A stretch of DNA of 64,000 bases from Lama glama. Its lineage: Eukaryota. The DNA lies in contig CM052816.1 of NCBI GenBank assembly GCA_028534125.1, positions 51,710,001 to 51,774,000 of the forward strand, in the 5' to 3' direction. The notes beneath the pieces are model-generated. The model did no database searches, was not told the origin of the DNA, and worked only from the letters and a program-made list of their open reading frames with translations. The translations under genes were made by a program, and so were the position numbers. The stretch's first letter is position 1; each line of letters opens with the position of its first letter. Of this stretch, positions 1 through 13,432 are shown piece by piece.

Positions 1-483
1 ATGATGGTTTTTGCTTTTTTTTTTTTACCAAATGGAGCCAAATATCTGTAAGGTGAACAAAAAGTCTTACAATAGTGAGAAACAGAGACAAGTGGTACAA
101 AATTGACCCAGTCACACACATGCAGTATATGGAAGCAGGCCAAATGCAAAACACAAAGGAAAAAAAAAGACTTTTTTTATGTTTGTATATGTTTATCATC
201 ATATCATACTGTATCATAAACAGTGACGGTGGACGTTTGTGATCATTTTTTTTCTTTTGAAAAGGAACTGTCTTTTACTTAAGTTGGAGAAACTATGCCC
301 ATGAGTAACTCAGGTTGTACACAGACTTCATAACCCCACCCTAGGTCAGGAAATGCCAGCCTCTGATGCTTTGAAAAGCTATGTAACTTCAGTAATCAAG
401 AAATTCTTTGTAGCACTTTGGAAGACCTTTTATGCTTTTAAGGATCCATGCGTATTTTGCCTAGATTTCAACATGTTTATTTG

Positions 484-672
484 AACTGTCCAATTATGGT
501 AGCTACTAGTCATGTCTGACTAATGTTTAATGAAATTAAATGTAAAATTCAGTTCCTCAGTTGCACTCATATGTAACATCAAGTGCACAGTCACATGAGC
601 TAATGGTGACCATAACAGACACTGCAAAGAAACACTTCCATCATTGCAAAACGTTCTATTGGACAGCACTGT
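484..672 (+). mobile_element. MER3/MER33-like hAT-Charlie MITE
   Basis: Motifs ctgtccaat..atggtagctactag, aaattcagttcctcagttgcact and ttctattggacagcactg. Confidence 0.75.
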
Positions 673-1705
673 TCCAGAATTTTACTTTCCAGCTTACTGC
701 AGAATAACTCACTTTTCAGTCTTTTAATTTGTAAGCTCATTCACAAAAACGACATTTGGTCATAGAAGATTCTCAGATATATTACTCACTAAAATAGAAT
801 TTGCAGAAGAGTTTCACATACATTTGTCATCTCTAATGAGTATTTCTGCATGTGTTTATATATACATAATCACATATGTACATTCAGCTTTATTATGCCT
901 GTTTATAAATTAATCATGTTAATAAGCCCTCACTTTATTTGTGACTGCTGACGAAATGTAAGATTAAAATAATATTTTATGCCAGGAAAATTGTTTAAAT
1001 GTAAAAAGTTTTTTAAAAAAGCTAAAATTGTGGCAAGGATCTGATCTTTGTTCTTTGTTATGATTCCATTTCTTTAGAGATTAGTACTGATTCTCCATTC
1101 TCCTAAGAACTAAAATAAAGTTATAACACTATATTTTGAAGACATTTTTGCTTTTAATGGATTGCCATGAATATTGATTGCTACCAAATTTTTAATATTC
1201 AGAATACTTTGATTTTGATTATAGTAAAATATGTTTCAGAATATTGTCAGCTACTGTTGCAAATATCCATTTTATATTTTATCATATTTACTAGAAGCAT
1301 CATTTCAGAAAATACAGAGATCTCTCTCTTGCTCTTTATTTACATGTATGTATATCTATATTTGTGTTAGTATACACATTTTTAAATTTTGTATTGAGTA
1401 GGGTATATATGTCCAGTATTTCACTTTCAGGAATTTATGATAATAGTTTCTTATTCTGCCATTACCCAAAAAAGTAGGTGACTGGGAACTAGAGGTACAA
1501 TTCTTCCTTGCATTTGCCGTCAGCTGACACTCACCATACAGTTTAAGAGGAAAGTAATTTTCTGAGATTCAAAAATCCAGGAGGTAAACACTGGAAAATA
1601 CATGCAATGTACTGCACTATTTGCATATATTTATATTAAAGGAATACGTAATTTACAAATGGAATCTTTACCTAATAAAGGCTTTCTTTCCCTATTTTGT
1701 TTCAG

Positions 1706-1734
1706 GCTCAGGAGATATGGACAGTATTTCCAAG
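1706..1734 (+). CDS. SSBP2: SSBP2 internal coding micro-exon (29 nt, phase 1->0): (G)SGDMDSISK
   Basis: Branch-like CCTAAT (1671-1676), pyrimidine tract and TTTCAG acceptor, donor AAG|GTCAGT. The peptide matches the recalled SSBP2 C-terminal region and joins the next exon in frame. Confidence 0.95.
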
Positions 1735-3522
1735 GTCAGTACTGTGTATTCTATGTTGTTTTTCAATCTTTATTTTATTCCACATGGAAGTCTTAAGATG
1801 ATTAGAGTAACATTATGGATTTTGTTCTCAAACAAGAGTTTGAAAGTAGAAGGCCAGATATAATTAAGTGGAAGTTAAAAATATTAATGGATATAATCTA
1901 TGGGAAAGGGTTAAATGAGTCTTAAGAATGTTCCAAAGCATGCTAAGATTCATTTACAGGACGTGCTATATACATGATTAGTAGAAACCCAAGTAAATAA
2001 AAATCAGTTTAATCACGTTGTAACATTACACATTTGTAAAGCAAACTGACATAGTTTAGGTAATCTGTTGAAAATGTAAAGTATAGAGCAACATTAAAAG
2101 AGGTAAATTTGAAAAAAGTAGTTGTTCTGTTAGAAGGGCATTGCGTTTATATATCCTGTTTGTCTTTCAAACCTTCATTAGGTAATGCTGATGTCGTCAA
2201 TCACTATTATAGTTCCACAAAAAAGAGAAAAAAAGTAATTAGAGGAAAATTATATTAATAGAAATAGGAAAGTGAGCCTTCCAATAGCACACATCTACTT
2301 TTTTCTGCCTTCAATATTTTAGTATCTAAATTTAATCCTTTGCTAAGATGCCTTATATTTTTTGAAGAATACCTAAATACTTTTTAGGTCATGATGAATT
2401 TAAAATAGTTCTCTGTGGATCACATATATATTTAGAATGGCTGATAAGAACTAATTTTTAACTATCATTAGAATGACTTAGAAGTTTGCTTTATGTCAAT
2501 AAATACAGAAATTCATTAAAGGAAGACCATTCTTAATACTACTTTGAATTTATATTCATGTATAATGAAGTAAAAATTCCTGAAGCCAAGGAGAATAAAA
2601 TAAAATTGAGCCACAGAAAATCTTAAATAAGACTTAATGCTAAAAAAGCAAAAATGAAAGTGCAAGAGAGAGAATTGAATTGGCATTCTGGCATGATATC
2701 TCCATCACCTGGTTGCTTGGCCTCACAAGTTCTACATGTACTTTGTATGTCTGTGTTTAGGAACAATCAGTATCTCTTTTTTTCCTAAAAGTAGATAAAT
2801 ATTTATAAGGGACACTATCTTACCTCTGTGAAAAATAGTATTGGGTTAAGCCTTCAAAAGGTTGTTTTCAGCGTAAGATTCATAGTATAATTCCATTTGA
2901 GCTGTCTCTCTGGGAAGCACCCTTACAAGTCAGATGACCATGATTGTATTGACTAGCTTAGGTATCTAAGAACTGATAATACCTGAATTGTGTTTTCTGG
3001 TCACCAGTAAAATTTCTAAAGTTATATTTGAGGAGCATATTCTGAAATCTAAAAATAATTATTTATTACACCAACATGGGAACATCCAGATTGCTTAAGG
3101 CCATCTTAACTAAAATTTCCACTCACAACCCATAACCTTGTACATTATTACATAGATGGAAACAAAATTCTTTATGAGAAAGTACTTTGTAATTTATAAA
3201 GTACTTTAAAATTTTGAAAGAGTCATAATGGCAAATTAAATACATCTTCTAATCTGCCTTCACATCAGATCTATTGCTGTTCCTTCTGTGCTTGTTTTTC
3301 AATCTGTATTCCCAGAAAGAGGATTTTCCCCCACACTGTGCCTGCTGCTGCTAACATTCCCTCCTCTAAAGATGCACTGCTTATTCTTTAAGCATTAAGT
3401 GACCACCCGTTGTGTACTTTTGTGTACCGAGTGTTGCTTTATGCACTATGGGGAAACACAAAAGACTCCTTTAAGTACAAACATAATCTTTGCCCTCAAG
3501 TGCTTTATACTTAGGCAAGAAT

Positions 3523-3630
3523 TCCTTCATTCAGTAGACATTAATGCACCAAGGCATTATTTTGGGCTGTGAAAATCCAAAGATAAACAAGATGTGGTCT
3601 CTGCCTTCAAGAAGCTCAGTATAACTAAGG
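3523..3630 (-). mobile_element. L2 3' fragment
   Basis: ttcattcagtagacatt...tggtctctgccttcaagaagctcag resembles an antisense L2 tail. Confidence 0.55.
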
Positions 3631-4399
3631 AGGCCAAATAAATACAATAAGGAAAAGCTTTAACAAAGTAATGTTCAGATACATTTCAATTCATGTAAGA
3701 ATTATCCCCAAGTAATAAACATGCCACTTCACAGTGTGCTGGAAGTGACTTGTTGCAGCCACCTTCAGATGGGTTCCTCGGCATCTCATTTCCGCACCAC
3801 CCCTTCTCCTCGTGCATTGGCTGCAGGCTGTAACCAGGCTGCCTGGGTGATGGGACCACTGCTGACTGACTGTCGCATATCCATTACACGAGAGTCACTT
3901 TGTCTCTGATCCGCAGCTTCAAGCATATTGTACACCCCCCTCCCAATTATTTTTCCCTACCTCTTTCCACTCACAGCCTAATTTTTCTGTCTTCTACTCC
4001 AAGCTATGCAAGTTGTCACTCTATCTCCCCATCTTTTTCCTTTTCTAACACATGTCCAGCTATCCCAAGAAACTCTCTTCTCCCTTCTCTCTTATTTCCT
4101 GGATCTGTTCCTTTCCATCCTATTCTTTTTCTAGTCATTCCTGTTTGTGAAGCACAAGATGATCTTGACCACTACTGCTCAGCAATTTTGTTCAAAGTCC
4201 CTCTTGGATCTCTAGCCACATCTTCCTAATTCTCCAATTAAACCTGTATTTTGTGAAGCATCAGTATTACATTTTTTTTTAAATTTCTTACTGCATTTTA
4301 AAAGTTGTTTATTAGTACTTACTTCAGTTCTTTTTCTACTTTTTTATTATAAATATGCTCTGTTTTATCCATTTTACATGTAAGGTCAATAAAGAGTAC

Positions 4400-4590
4400 T
4401 GCATTGAGAATCAGAAAGCCTGGCTCTATTACAAGTAGTGGCAACATGTTACTCGATTTCCCTTGGGCTTAGTTTCCTTTGCCACTAAATAGAGCTGGAA
4501 GTTCATTCCCTGCCTGCTTCACGGAACTGTTGAGAATCAACTGTGAATATGCTTTAAGGGCTAGGAGGCGCTATGCGGACACTGCACACC
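4400..4590 (+). mobile_element. MIR SINE
   Basis: gaatcagaaagcctgg...cttagtttccttt...ttgttgagaat MIR-like core. Confidence 0.55.
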
Positions 4591-7500
4591 ATCCTCCTCA
4601 TTACAGTATCTTCCGTGGGCAGGGCCGGAGTGTACGTTTTCAGTGGCAAAATGAACTCAAAGCTCCAAATGCAAGCTTTAAAGTTATTTTTGCTTAGTTG
4701 AGGATTATCTAGTAAAACTTAAAATGTATCTTTCTCAAAATGCAGGATTCATCTTTAATTTAGAAGTCTTTTTTCCTTAATGAAATGTGAAATTCTTTTC
4801 ATCCCTTCTGCAGCTGAGAAGTCACCCATTTAATCAATGGAACAAAAATATTTTCCCTTGGAGTGATTTTAGGGGTTGAGGATGGAAAGAAGTATATGGG
4901 TTGTTTTCTTAGATGGAAATCACTTAAATAAATTCTGCACCTCACGTTAAGATAATTCACATTTCTGTTTTTGAGTTTGAAAACAACCATATCAGAGAAG
5001 GCAAAATCTGATCATGTCCTGCTTAATAAATTATCAAAGGAGTCTTTTCAACCTGAAGCTTTCTGACCTCGAGAACCTTAGTTCCAGTTAAAGATGTCAC
5101 ACCATTCCCAGGGGAGCTAGTCACCAACTACAGGTCCCTGCCATCTCCTCAGGTGTGCCGTCTGTGGTCTCGCTCACCTGTACCCCCTGGAGAACCAGGA
5201 CTGGCAGTTTGTTCTTTGGGGAGATGGCAGAGTTTATAATTTGTTGTTGGCTGCCTGTGGGAAATCAATTCAGAGAGCTTAGAATAATATCAGTATTACT
5301 TTATTCCAGTTGTAGGGAGAGCCAGAATTTCTTCAAGTGTTCCCTTTACTAATAGCAGCCTGAAAAGTTTTGGACAATTTCTGGGGATAGATGGGAGAAG
5401 AGCCAATAAAGTTAAGAGATGATATGGAAGAATACTTGCAAGATAAAATTAGAGAACAGAGAGCTTAAGAGAATTAAATGTGTTAGCCAGAAAAAAGTGT
5501 GTGTGTCCATATATATGCTCAAAAATAACAGTCATGTGATGTCATAGCTTAAGGGAAAAACTTTCTCGGGAATGAGAATGTAATAAAATCCCTTGAAAAT
5601 GGGGTCAGTATAATCCTAACTGTACTTTTTTTTCAAGCTCAAGTCTTAAATTCTTAGAGTGTAAGTAGGGGAAAAGTACACATTAACTAAAGAAAGAAAT
5701 GCAACCAAATGCCTAATGTAGCTAAAAGTAACCTTTACTTGTATTCCTTTGTGCTCCCTACTCTCTAATTATGTGCTCACACAATTGGGGTGACTTTTTG
5801 ACCAACCTATGCCCTTTTTGTGCATTATATTCTTGCCTTGATGATAAAATCTACTGAAGATACTGCATACAAACATAGCTACAGTTAAATGCATCACACA
5901 CACAATTCATTGCCACCCACCCTCACAATCCCCTCCAGGTTGTTTTAGGTCTTCCTCAGATGCCGATACTGAGGAACCTTTAGCAGTATCTTCCTCGTGT
6001 TACCCAGTGACCGCGGACAGCACAGTTTCCTCAAGACTCCCCATTGAGCAACTTTTGTTTTTATGACAGTTTTTCTAGATTACTTCAGATTGAAAAAAAA
6101 AAAACAACTATCCTATCATTTCAAGATTTTCAAATATGCCCAGTGAGCTAGGTAGGAACAGGTTTCAGAGATCTAATATTAGCTCAGTCTTATATGTTGA
6201 ATGTTTCGTTTTAATAATCTTCTCAGTGTTCTCGTATATACCACCACTCCCCCCCACCCTCTGCCAAAACCAGAGTTTAATGCTGGGCCACCATGCTGTT
6301 AAGACTGCATGGAAAACAGAAATAGCAATGAAGTGTTTTATAAGCAGTTCGATATTAATGTCATGTTCCTTTCAAACGTTTAAGTGTTTTTACATGAGCA
6401 CTTTGTCAGGAATCAGATTTGAAGTTAGCTAAACTTCCAAAATTGTAAATCAGGAAATGATCTGTGGCAAAAGTGCGGCTGAGTCTGGGAGCATCCCAGC
6501 TTAACCAGAGACACGCAGCTGCCCGCCGGGCACTTCATGCACCTCCGGCTGGGGGTGACTGCTACCCAAGAATGGAGGGGGCCCACTTCATATGTTTGTT
6601 TGAATATGGTCCACGATGCAGCTGCCAAGTGCATCCTCAAATACCGCTACTATGTATGCTAAATGATTTTTTATTCCCAGATTACCAGCTTCTCCATTAT
6701 GTATGAAATGACAAATCTGCCTTCACCAAAAAGGTTTCTAGATTTGGGGTAAATCTTACAATATTTTTATAAATTTACCCTTTTTTGAACTAAGTCAGAA
6801 TTATCATTCCTGCTTTCAAAACACAGTTGATTAATACCTATTAATAAGTTATAGCTTAGCTATAGCTTAGTTAATTGCACTTAGTTAAATTTTACTTCAT
6901 TTTTTTTCCCCAGGAAATCAAATTATCCATGTTCATTTCAAAGCACAGTTACTTTTCTCTATACTTGGGAAGCTAAAATTTTTAGAGAAAAAATTTATCC
7001 AAAAAGAGAATCCTCTTTATGCCATTAAACTGTGGTTCCCTGGCCCTTGGGGCTCACTGGCAAATGCAGCTCCTATGGACTTCAGAGGGCCCCTGTTCTC
7101 AGATCCTCCCTGTGGGGTGCACAGCAGGATGAGACACCAGCTGTATTCCTACCAGCTCATCTACCTGTCTCTGCTTTACAGTTTAACCGTATTTTTTAAA
7201 AAGCGCACATTCTCCTGGGAATAACCCATTCATGAAATTTTCATTTTTATGACATAACTTGTTTTAACTCAAAATCCTCAGAGCAATTTTCTTTTTTTAA
7301 AAATCTAAACACATATTCCAAAACAGAATATTGAATGGCAATGGCTTAGGAGAAAACCTAAAACCTTTCTTCCATTTGAAATAGCAAGAGTTTTTAACCT
7401 TGAAGTTTATTTTTTACAAGTAAGAGTCCCTCAGGCACAGTTGCAATCCCATGTGATCGTGCTCTGTAAGTCACTGCCGTTGTCTTCCCTGTTGACCTGG

Positions 7501-8291
7501 GGTATCAGACCACCTCGCACGGCTGAAGTCACTCAGTCATGAGATTAGCCAATGTAAACAGAATATGAAGCAATATACTGCTAACTTCGTGTTTGATTAG
7601 ATTGCTAGTATTAGCTATTTTCTCTTAAAGAATTTCCAATAAATCTACTCTTCAACAAATGAGAGGAAGAGATTCTAAAGCAGCTCACCTTTGAGCATTC
7701 TTTTCCTCTAAAAGTATATATTGAATTCTCAAGTCCTAAAGTATTTCTCTTGTTCTTAACTGTAGTTGTTAACTGTCTTTCTTTTATACTTATGTTTCAT
7801 CTAAAAATAATGGTTAAAGGAGTGTTACTATGTAAACCTTACATAGAATTAAAGGGAAGTATTTATTAAAACAGTGGCCCTTCGAACTTGGATTAGTAGA
7901 TATGCCCGGGGAAGTTACTGTTCCATCAAGTCTGGCTGGGGTGAGCTCTCTTCATCATGTCCCTGCTGGGACTGTTTCTTAAACTCTCTCGAGTTCCAGG
8001 AGCTCTATACACGAAGGTGGGAAATTGGATAAATATTGATTCTGAGACTAAGGCTAAGAGTTATGGTGAGTTATTTGGGGTTTTCCATTTTTTAATTTTC
8101 ATTTGGGAAAGCATCAGGACTTGTCAAGGTGCAAAGAATGAACTAGGATAGACGGTAGAAAGTCTGAGACTGGAAGTATGAGTGCACTCTGTCCTCAGAG
8201 ATACTGCCGTAGATGCCACGTTTGAAACAGTGCAGTGCAAGAGGGAAATGAAAACCTTCAAAATGTCTTCTTTTCTAAATCTCGTTTACAG

Positions 8292-8390
8292 AATTCTCCC
8301 AATAATATGAGCCTGAGTAATCAGCCGGGCACTCCAAGGGATGATGGCGAAATGGGGGGAAATTTCTTAAATCCTTTTCAGAGTGAGAGT
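8292..8390 (+). CDS. SSBP2: SSBP2 penultimate coding exon (99 nt): [33 protein letters not shown]
   Basis: TTTACAG acceptor and AGT|GTGAGT donor. The 33 codons match the recalled SSBP2 sequence. Confidence 0.97.
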
Positions 8391-8944
8391 GTGAGTATGC
8401 CCTTGACTACATTATTGTATCCAGGTTTCATTTCTGAAGCTCTTCTTTAGAATAAATGCTTAAAGCCATTATTACAACTGTTCATCTAGAGTTCAATAGT
8501 TTGATCTTTTAAAAGTTAGAAAATTAAGTGGAATTTCTTTGTAAAGGTTAAAAAATAAACTTTCTTTCTTACTCCTACTGTTATATACATGGTTACAAAA
8601 ACTATAATACTAATTTTCCTACAGAGAAGACCCGCTGTAAAGGCACATCCTAGAAACAGGTTTCATATTTGATAGTTTTTGTAAGTTTTCACTAAAACTT
8701 CTTGGATCACTGCAAAACCGGGTCTATGCTCAGTGCTGTCCTTAAGGCTCTGAAAACTGTCTCTAAGATGTCTTTACTTCATGCACTAGACTTTCCTGCC
8801 TGCTCTGTTAACGTGTTATTTGCATTTCGCCTGAACAGGATACCCACGTCGTTTTTCGAGTGAGATTATAGTGTTAAGCAAAGGCAGGTATCATTTCCTG
8901 TCTCCACAGAAGTAGACAAGAGCAAAAAGAGAAGGGATAAAAAT

Positions 8945-9050
8945 GTATTCATTCATTTAACAGTTACTGAGCACTTACCATGAGCCAAAGCAACATGCTA
9001 AGCAGTGGAGACCAAAAGGACACTATGGTATCTTTTCTTAAGGACTTGTT
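8945..9050 (-). mobile_element. L2 3' fragment
   Basis: attcattcatttaacagttactgagcacttaccatgagcca. Confidence 0.6.
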
Positions 9051-9074
9051 GCATCATACAATACTTTCTGAACT

Positions 9075-9240
9075 AATATTTCACATTAGAAGCATCTATA
9101 GGATTTTTTTTTAATGCAGTTTCCCAGAACCCTCCCTAGACCGAGTGAATCAGAATTTCCAGGAGTGGGGCTGGGCATACGCAAATGTGAAAACGCTTTG
9201 TCAGTGATGCTGATGCAGATTCTCTGCTCAGAACGACTGG
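9075..9240. mobile_element. MER5-like hAT-Charlie element
   Basis: cacattagaagcatct...tgaatcagaatttccaggagtggggctgggcat...gtgatgctgatgca. Confidence 0.7.
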
Positions 9241-9954
9241 ATTGGAGTAAAGGATTTCAAAACCCAAACAGTTTCACATCGAGAGGGTCAGCGCCTCCAA
9301 TGCATGCATGGCCATCATTAAAATTCATTATGGGGACTTTACCCAACTAAACACAGAATCAGAAGAGAACACTACCTTCATTTTGTCCTAACTATTTACC
9401 AGAGATGATACTGTGAGAACTTGAAGCAGTGGCTAGCGCATACCTACTCTGCACAGAATGGCTGCTTCCCCAAGCGGAACCCAACACAGAATCTTCCAAT
9501 CTGTGGATTTTTTTTCACTTCTTGATATTGACCGAGCACCTCTGCATGGGATAAAACTTCCCCTGCTTTTAGACTTGACTTCTCTTGAAACTAAAAATAC
9601 AATTATGCTGATCTTTAGTTTGAGTGTTTTATTTGCAGGACATTTATGATTATAGCAAGGACAAAGAAGGTATACATAAAAATTTGTATTTTAAAAAAAA
9701 TCAAAAGGGTAGCCTGTCAGTGATGTGGAAATAGAAAAATGTGAGAAACTATGTAGTTGGTTATAATGCTTAGGATTATGGGATTTTTTAAAGCCTGTTC
9801 TTTTACAAGTTTGCTTTAAGACTATAGACAAATTAGTTAATTTTAATTAATTAGTTAATGTTCACTGTATCTAATTAGAGATATTAATTTCACTTTATGC
9901 TAATTCTTCCAGCAATGAAATGGTATAATTCAGTGAGCTATATGATAATGAATT

Positions 9955-10170
9955 CAGTCCAATTCAACATTTATTGAGCCTGCTATATGCAGAGCACTAG
10001 GTTAAGGATAAAGTATTCTGAAATAAATCCAACACATCCCTAACTTCTAAGAATGCAATCTGATAGGAAGAACATGTTTACACAACTAATTAAACCATAT
10101 GTCAGATTAATAAGTACTATGATGGATATAAACGAGGTATTTTAAGAGCACCGAGGAAATTAGTAGTTTT
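9955..10170 (-). mobile_element. L2 fragment
   Basis: caacatttattgagcctgctatatgcagagcactagg. Confidence 0.6.
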
Positions 10171-10927
10171 GTATTAGAGAAGAAAACTTTTTTTTTTCAA
10201 AGGTTCCAAGTGACTAACTTTAGGGGCAGGGACAAGAGGGACTCTCCACTCTCTTCCCAGACCTGTCACTGGGGACAGCAACTTGTTTGTCAGAAGTGGG
10301 GAGCTACCTCAGATGGGGCATCAGAAAGTTCTTCGTGGGGATCAGAGGATCAAATAGAACAGGACTTCAAAAACTCCTTTGTTCAGAATAAACACCAGCC
10401 TCACCCCCTAGCCCCAGGTGGACTAGGCACCCACAGAATAGCAGATCCCTTTGTGAATATGTGCGTAGAAAAGAGCTGCTGGAGCAGGGCTCCTCCCATC
10501 CCTGACTCCAGGCCCAGAGGCCCAACTTCGCTCCCCTTGAAGCCAGGAGGCAGGTACAAGGCCTGACGACTGGGCAGAGTTAGCAGAAAACAAAAGCTCC
10601 CTCCTGTCACCCCCCCCCTCCTCCCCTGTCCACACTAGAAAAGTCCCCAAAGGAAGAATACTTGGATGGTGGTTGAAAAACTGCACCACCACCTGGAGGG
10701 TCATGCAGCCTTGGAAGCTGGTCCGCACTGACTGCTCCGTCCTTCTGTCTGCCCGTGAGGAGTCTGCGTGTCATGAATGACGTCACTGTTATCTCTGGCT
10801 TCCACTATCACATCGACACATTTTTATTTGCATGTTTTTAAAAGATCAAGAAATGAGAGCAGAGAGGAAGAAGACGAGAGATTCACCGCTGACAAATGTA
10901 ATGAGACCCTTAAAGAAGTCATAGGCT

Positions 10928-11060
10928 GGGTAGAGGTATAGCTCACATGGTAGAGCACATGCTTAGCACACATGAGGTCCTGAGTTCAATCCCCAGTACC
11001 TCCTTAATAAATAAATAAACCTAATTCCCCTCCCCCCAAATAAACAGAAGAAGAAGAAGA
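10928..11060 (+). mobile_element. Camelid Vic-1-type tRNA-derived SINE
   Basis: tRNA-like head with A box (tagctcacatgg) and B box (gagttcaatcc), followed by aataaataaataaacctaattcccctcccccc and an A/GAA tail. Confidence 0.88.
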
Positions 11061-13259
11061 AGGCAGCTAGATATCTCCAATAAGTTAGCTTCCCTATAAT
11101 GAAGGAAACGCAAAACCCTTTAATGAATTCAAGAAGAAAACGTTTCCAATGACTAAACATCAAATTCTAGGGGTTTTTAATGCACAGAAGTCTGAATAGC
11201 CTTTTTGTCTCTCTTTATCTTGAAGTTTAACCACAGAAGAGGCCTGGGAAGGGAGCAAATACCTGTTGGCTGATTATTACATACAGACACTACCTTAGTC
11301 ACCTCACACATGCTACTTAATATCATCAGTATAGAAACAGGAACGTCCAACCCAAAAGCAGAAACCTTGCAGTGCCAACACGCTTTATACAGAACAATGT
11401 GAACCAAAAAGTGTTTCACCATTCAGCCTTTTTTTCTTTTTTGGATCCTAAGGCCTTTATTTCAAGAAGCAAAGATGCCCCCTAGTGTTCAACTCTATAG
11501 AATGTTTGGTTTTAAAAATACAGAATACAGAGGGGCTTTGTTCAAGAAACAGTGCTTCATGCCTCTCAAGTAAAGAAAGCAGTTAGTCTTATTTCTTGAA
11601 TTAATTTAGCAGAGTATTTTCTCCATGGCACTGAACTATAATCAACTGAGCAAACATATTAAGATCATGGCATCAAATAGAAATTATAAATAATGTAGTA
11701 GATCATTTCCTATTACCCTTACTGCCTTTTGTCACTTTCTGCTATTTAAAGAACTCACATACACCCCGATTTTTTTTTTACAGTCACATACACACTAGAT
11801 TTATTTCACTTTAGTTTAGCTCAGAGTACCCGTACTATTACCTCTTATTATGAAAATACATTATGTAGATGCTTAGAAACAGAAATGTAGTGTAAGATCA
11901 GACGTGTTCCTGAAGTGGATAAACAGAAATATATGCACGTTGTTCAAAGATTTAATGGGTATTTCTGATGGAGTCCACGGTACGTGAACTGGGTACAATA
12001 AATTCTCTAGTTCATACCAAGGCATGCAATTTCAAAATACATTTTACATAGAAAGGAACAATAAGTTAGTATATGTTTACAGTTACACCTTTAGGTTTTA
12101 CTACCCTCCCCCCCTTTCTTTTCCTGAACGGCACACTTGATGCTGTCAACAGCATTGTAAGGCCGATTTATCACCTGACTGAGGAGAATCAGACTCAGAG
12201 TAGTTTTGGAGCAGGGCAGCCTGCTATTACAGCACCCTGGCACAGACACCAGTGTGTCATCACATACTGATGCCACCGTACAACTGAAGTGTTGCAGTGT
12301 GGACTCAGGACGGTACAGCATGAGTATCTTACGTCTCTAAATATGACACCCCATTTAACACCTCCTCTTCCTTAATTCTGCAAAAACTGTAAGCCACTTC
12401 TCTTCTACTTGAATAGTAATCAATAGCAAAATCCCTTTTTTGCTTGCACATCCTGAGTCTCCCTAGAAATTTTGTGATTTCCCTTCAACTTACTTCGTGA
12501 AGCAGTTTACAGCCTCAGCACTGCAAATCGCCCATCACTTACACAGACAGCCACGCACAGATAACAATCGATTTTACTGTACCAGAGACACGCAGAGTGT
12601 CATTTTAGTTATTTGTACTTCTCAAAAATTAAATTTTATGAAATGCTTGCTAATTTCTCTGAGTTATATTGCTTGGAGATGACACTTCCATTTTTCTGAC
12701 TGACTCTGGCCCTCACTTTCTTGCTGTGGCCTATTTTCCCACTCAGCTTCCTCCCTGAACAAGCCTAACTGTCTTAACTTCTCAATGACTTTGTAACAAG
12801 TCCTCATTTTTCTGTAAGATTTGCTTAAGACGTTTGAAATATCCCAGGTGAAAAATCTTAATTGCCAGTGTTCAGTGATGGGAGCAACCAACAAACATGC
12901 TTGGTAGCCAAGAACGTACGTATATACTTGTTTGCATATATGCATACTTTTAAAACAGTGTCTAATTAGAATGAAAGCTAAAATACATTCTTAACTATAT
13001 TCCCTAATGTTACATGACATATGACTGAACCGGAATAATCCTAATGAAAAAAGGATTCAGGGATTTTTTTTTAATCCGATTATTCAGGATGTGCATTAAG
13101 TGAGATGCTCTCTAGAATTAATTATGATTTATCCAGAAAATTTTTTTCAGACGTATCCTTTGAAGTCCTTTCAGAAAAGCTTTGAAGTCTTTTGCTGTTT
13201 TTAGATTGGGCACACTAGGCCCATTAAAATCTTTGTCTTAAAATGATGATTGATGGTCT

Positions 13260-13432
13260 AGCTGTGCTATTTAAAATTAAATTAAAATTAAATACAGTCG
13301 AATTTTCAGTTCCTAAATTGTACTAGCTACATTTTAAGAGCTCGGCAGCCACATGTGGCTAACGGCTGTTGCGCTGGACAGCACAGAACTGACCATATCT
13401 GTCGTCACCGAGGGGTCTTTTGAGCAGCACTG
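13260..13432 (+). mobile_element. MER3/MER33-like MITE
   Basis: ttcagttcct..gtactagctacatttt..gccacatgtggcta..ggacagcac. Confidence 0.7.

Noticed and set aside
10210..10566. 118-aa intronic ORF
   Set aside because: GTG start, no recognisable domain and no exon structure.
10928..11000. tRNA-Ala-like gene
   Set aside because: The stems are degenerate and it carries a SINE body and tail, so it is a Vic-1-type SINE.
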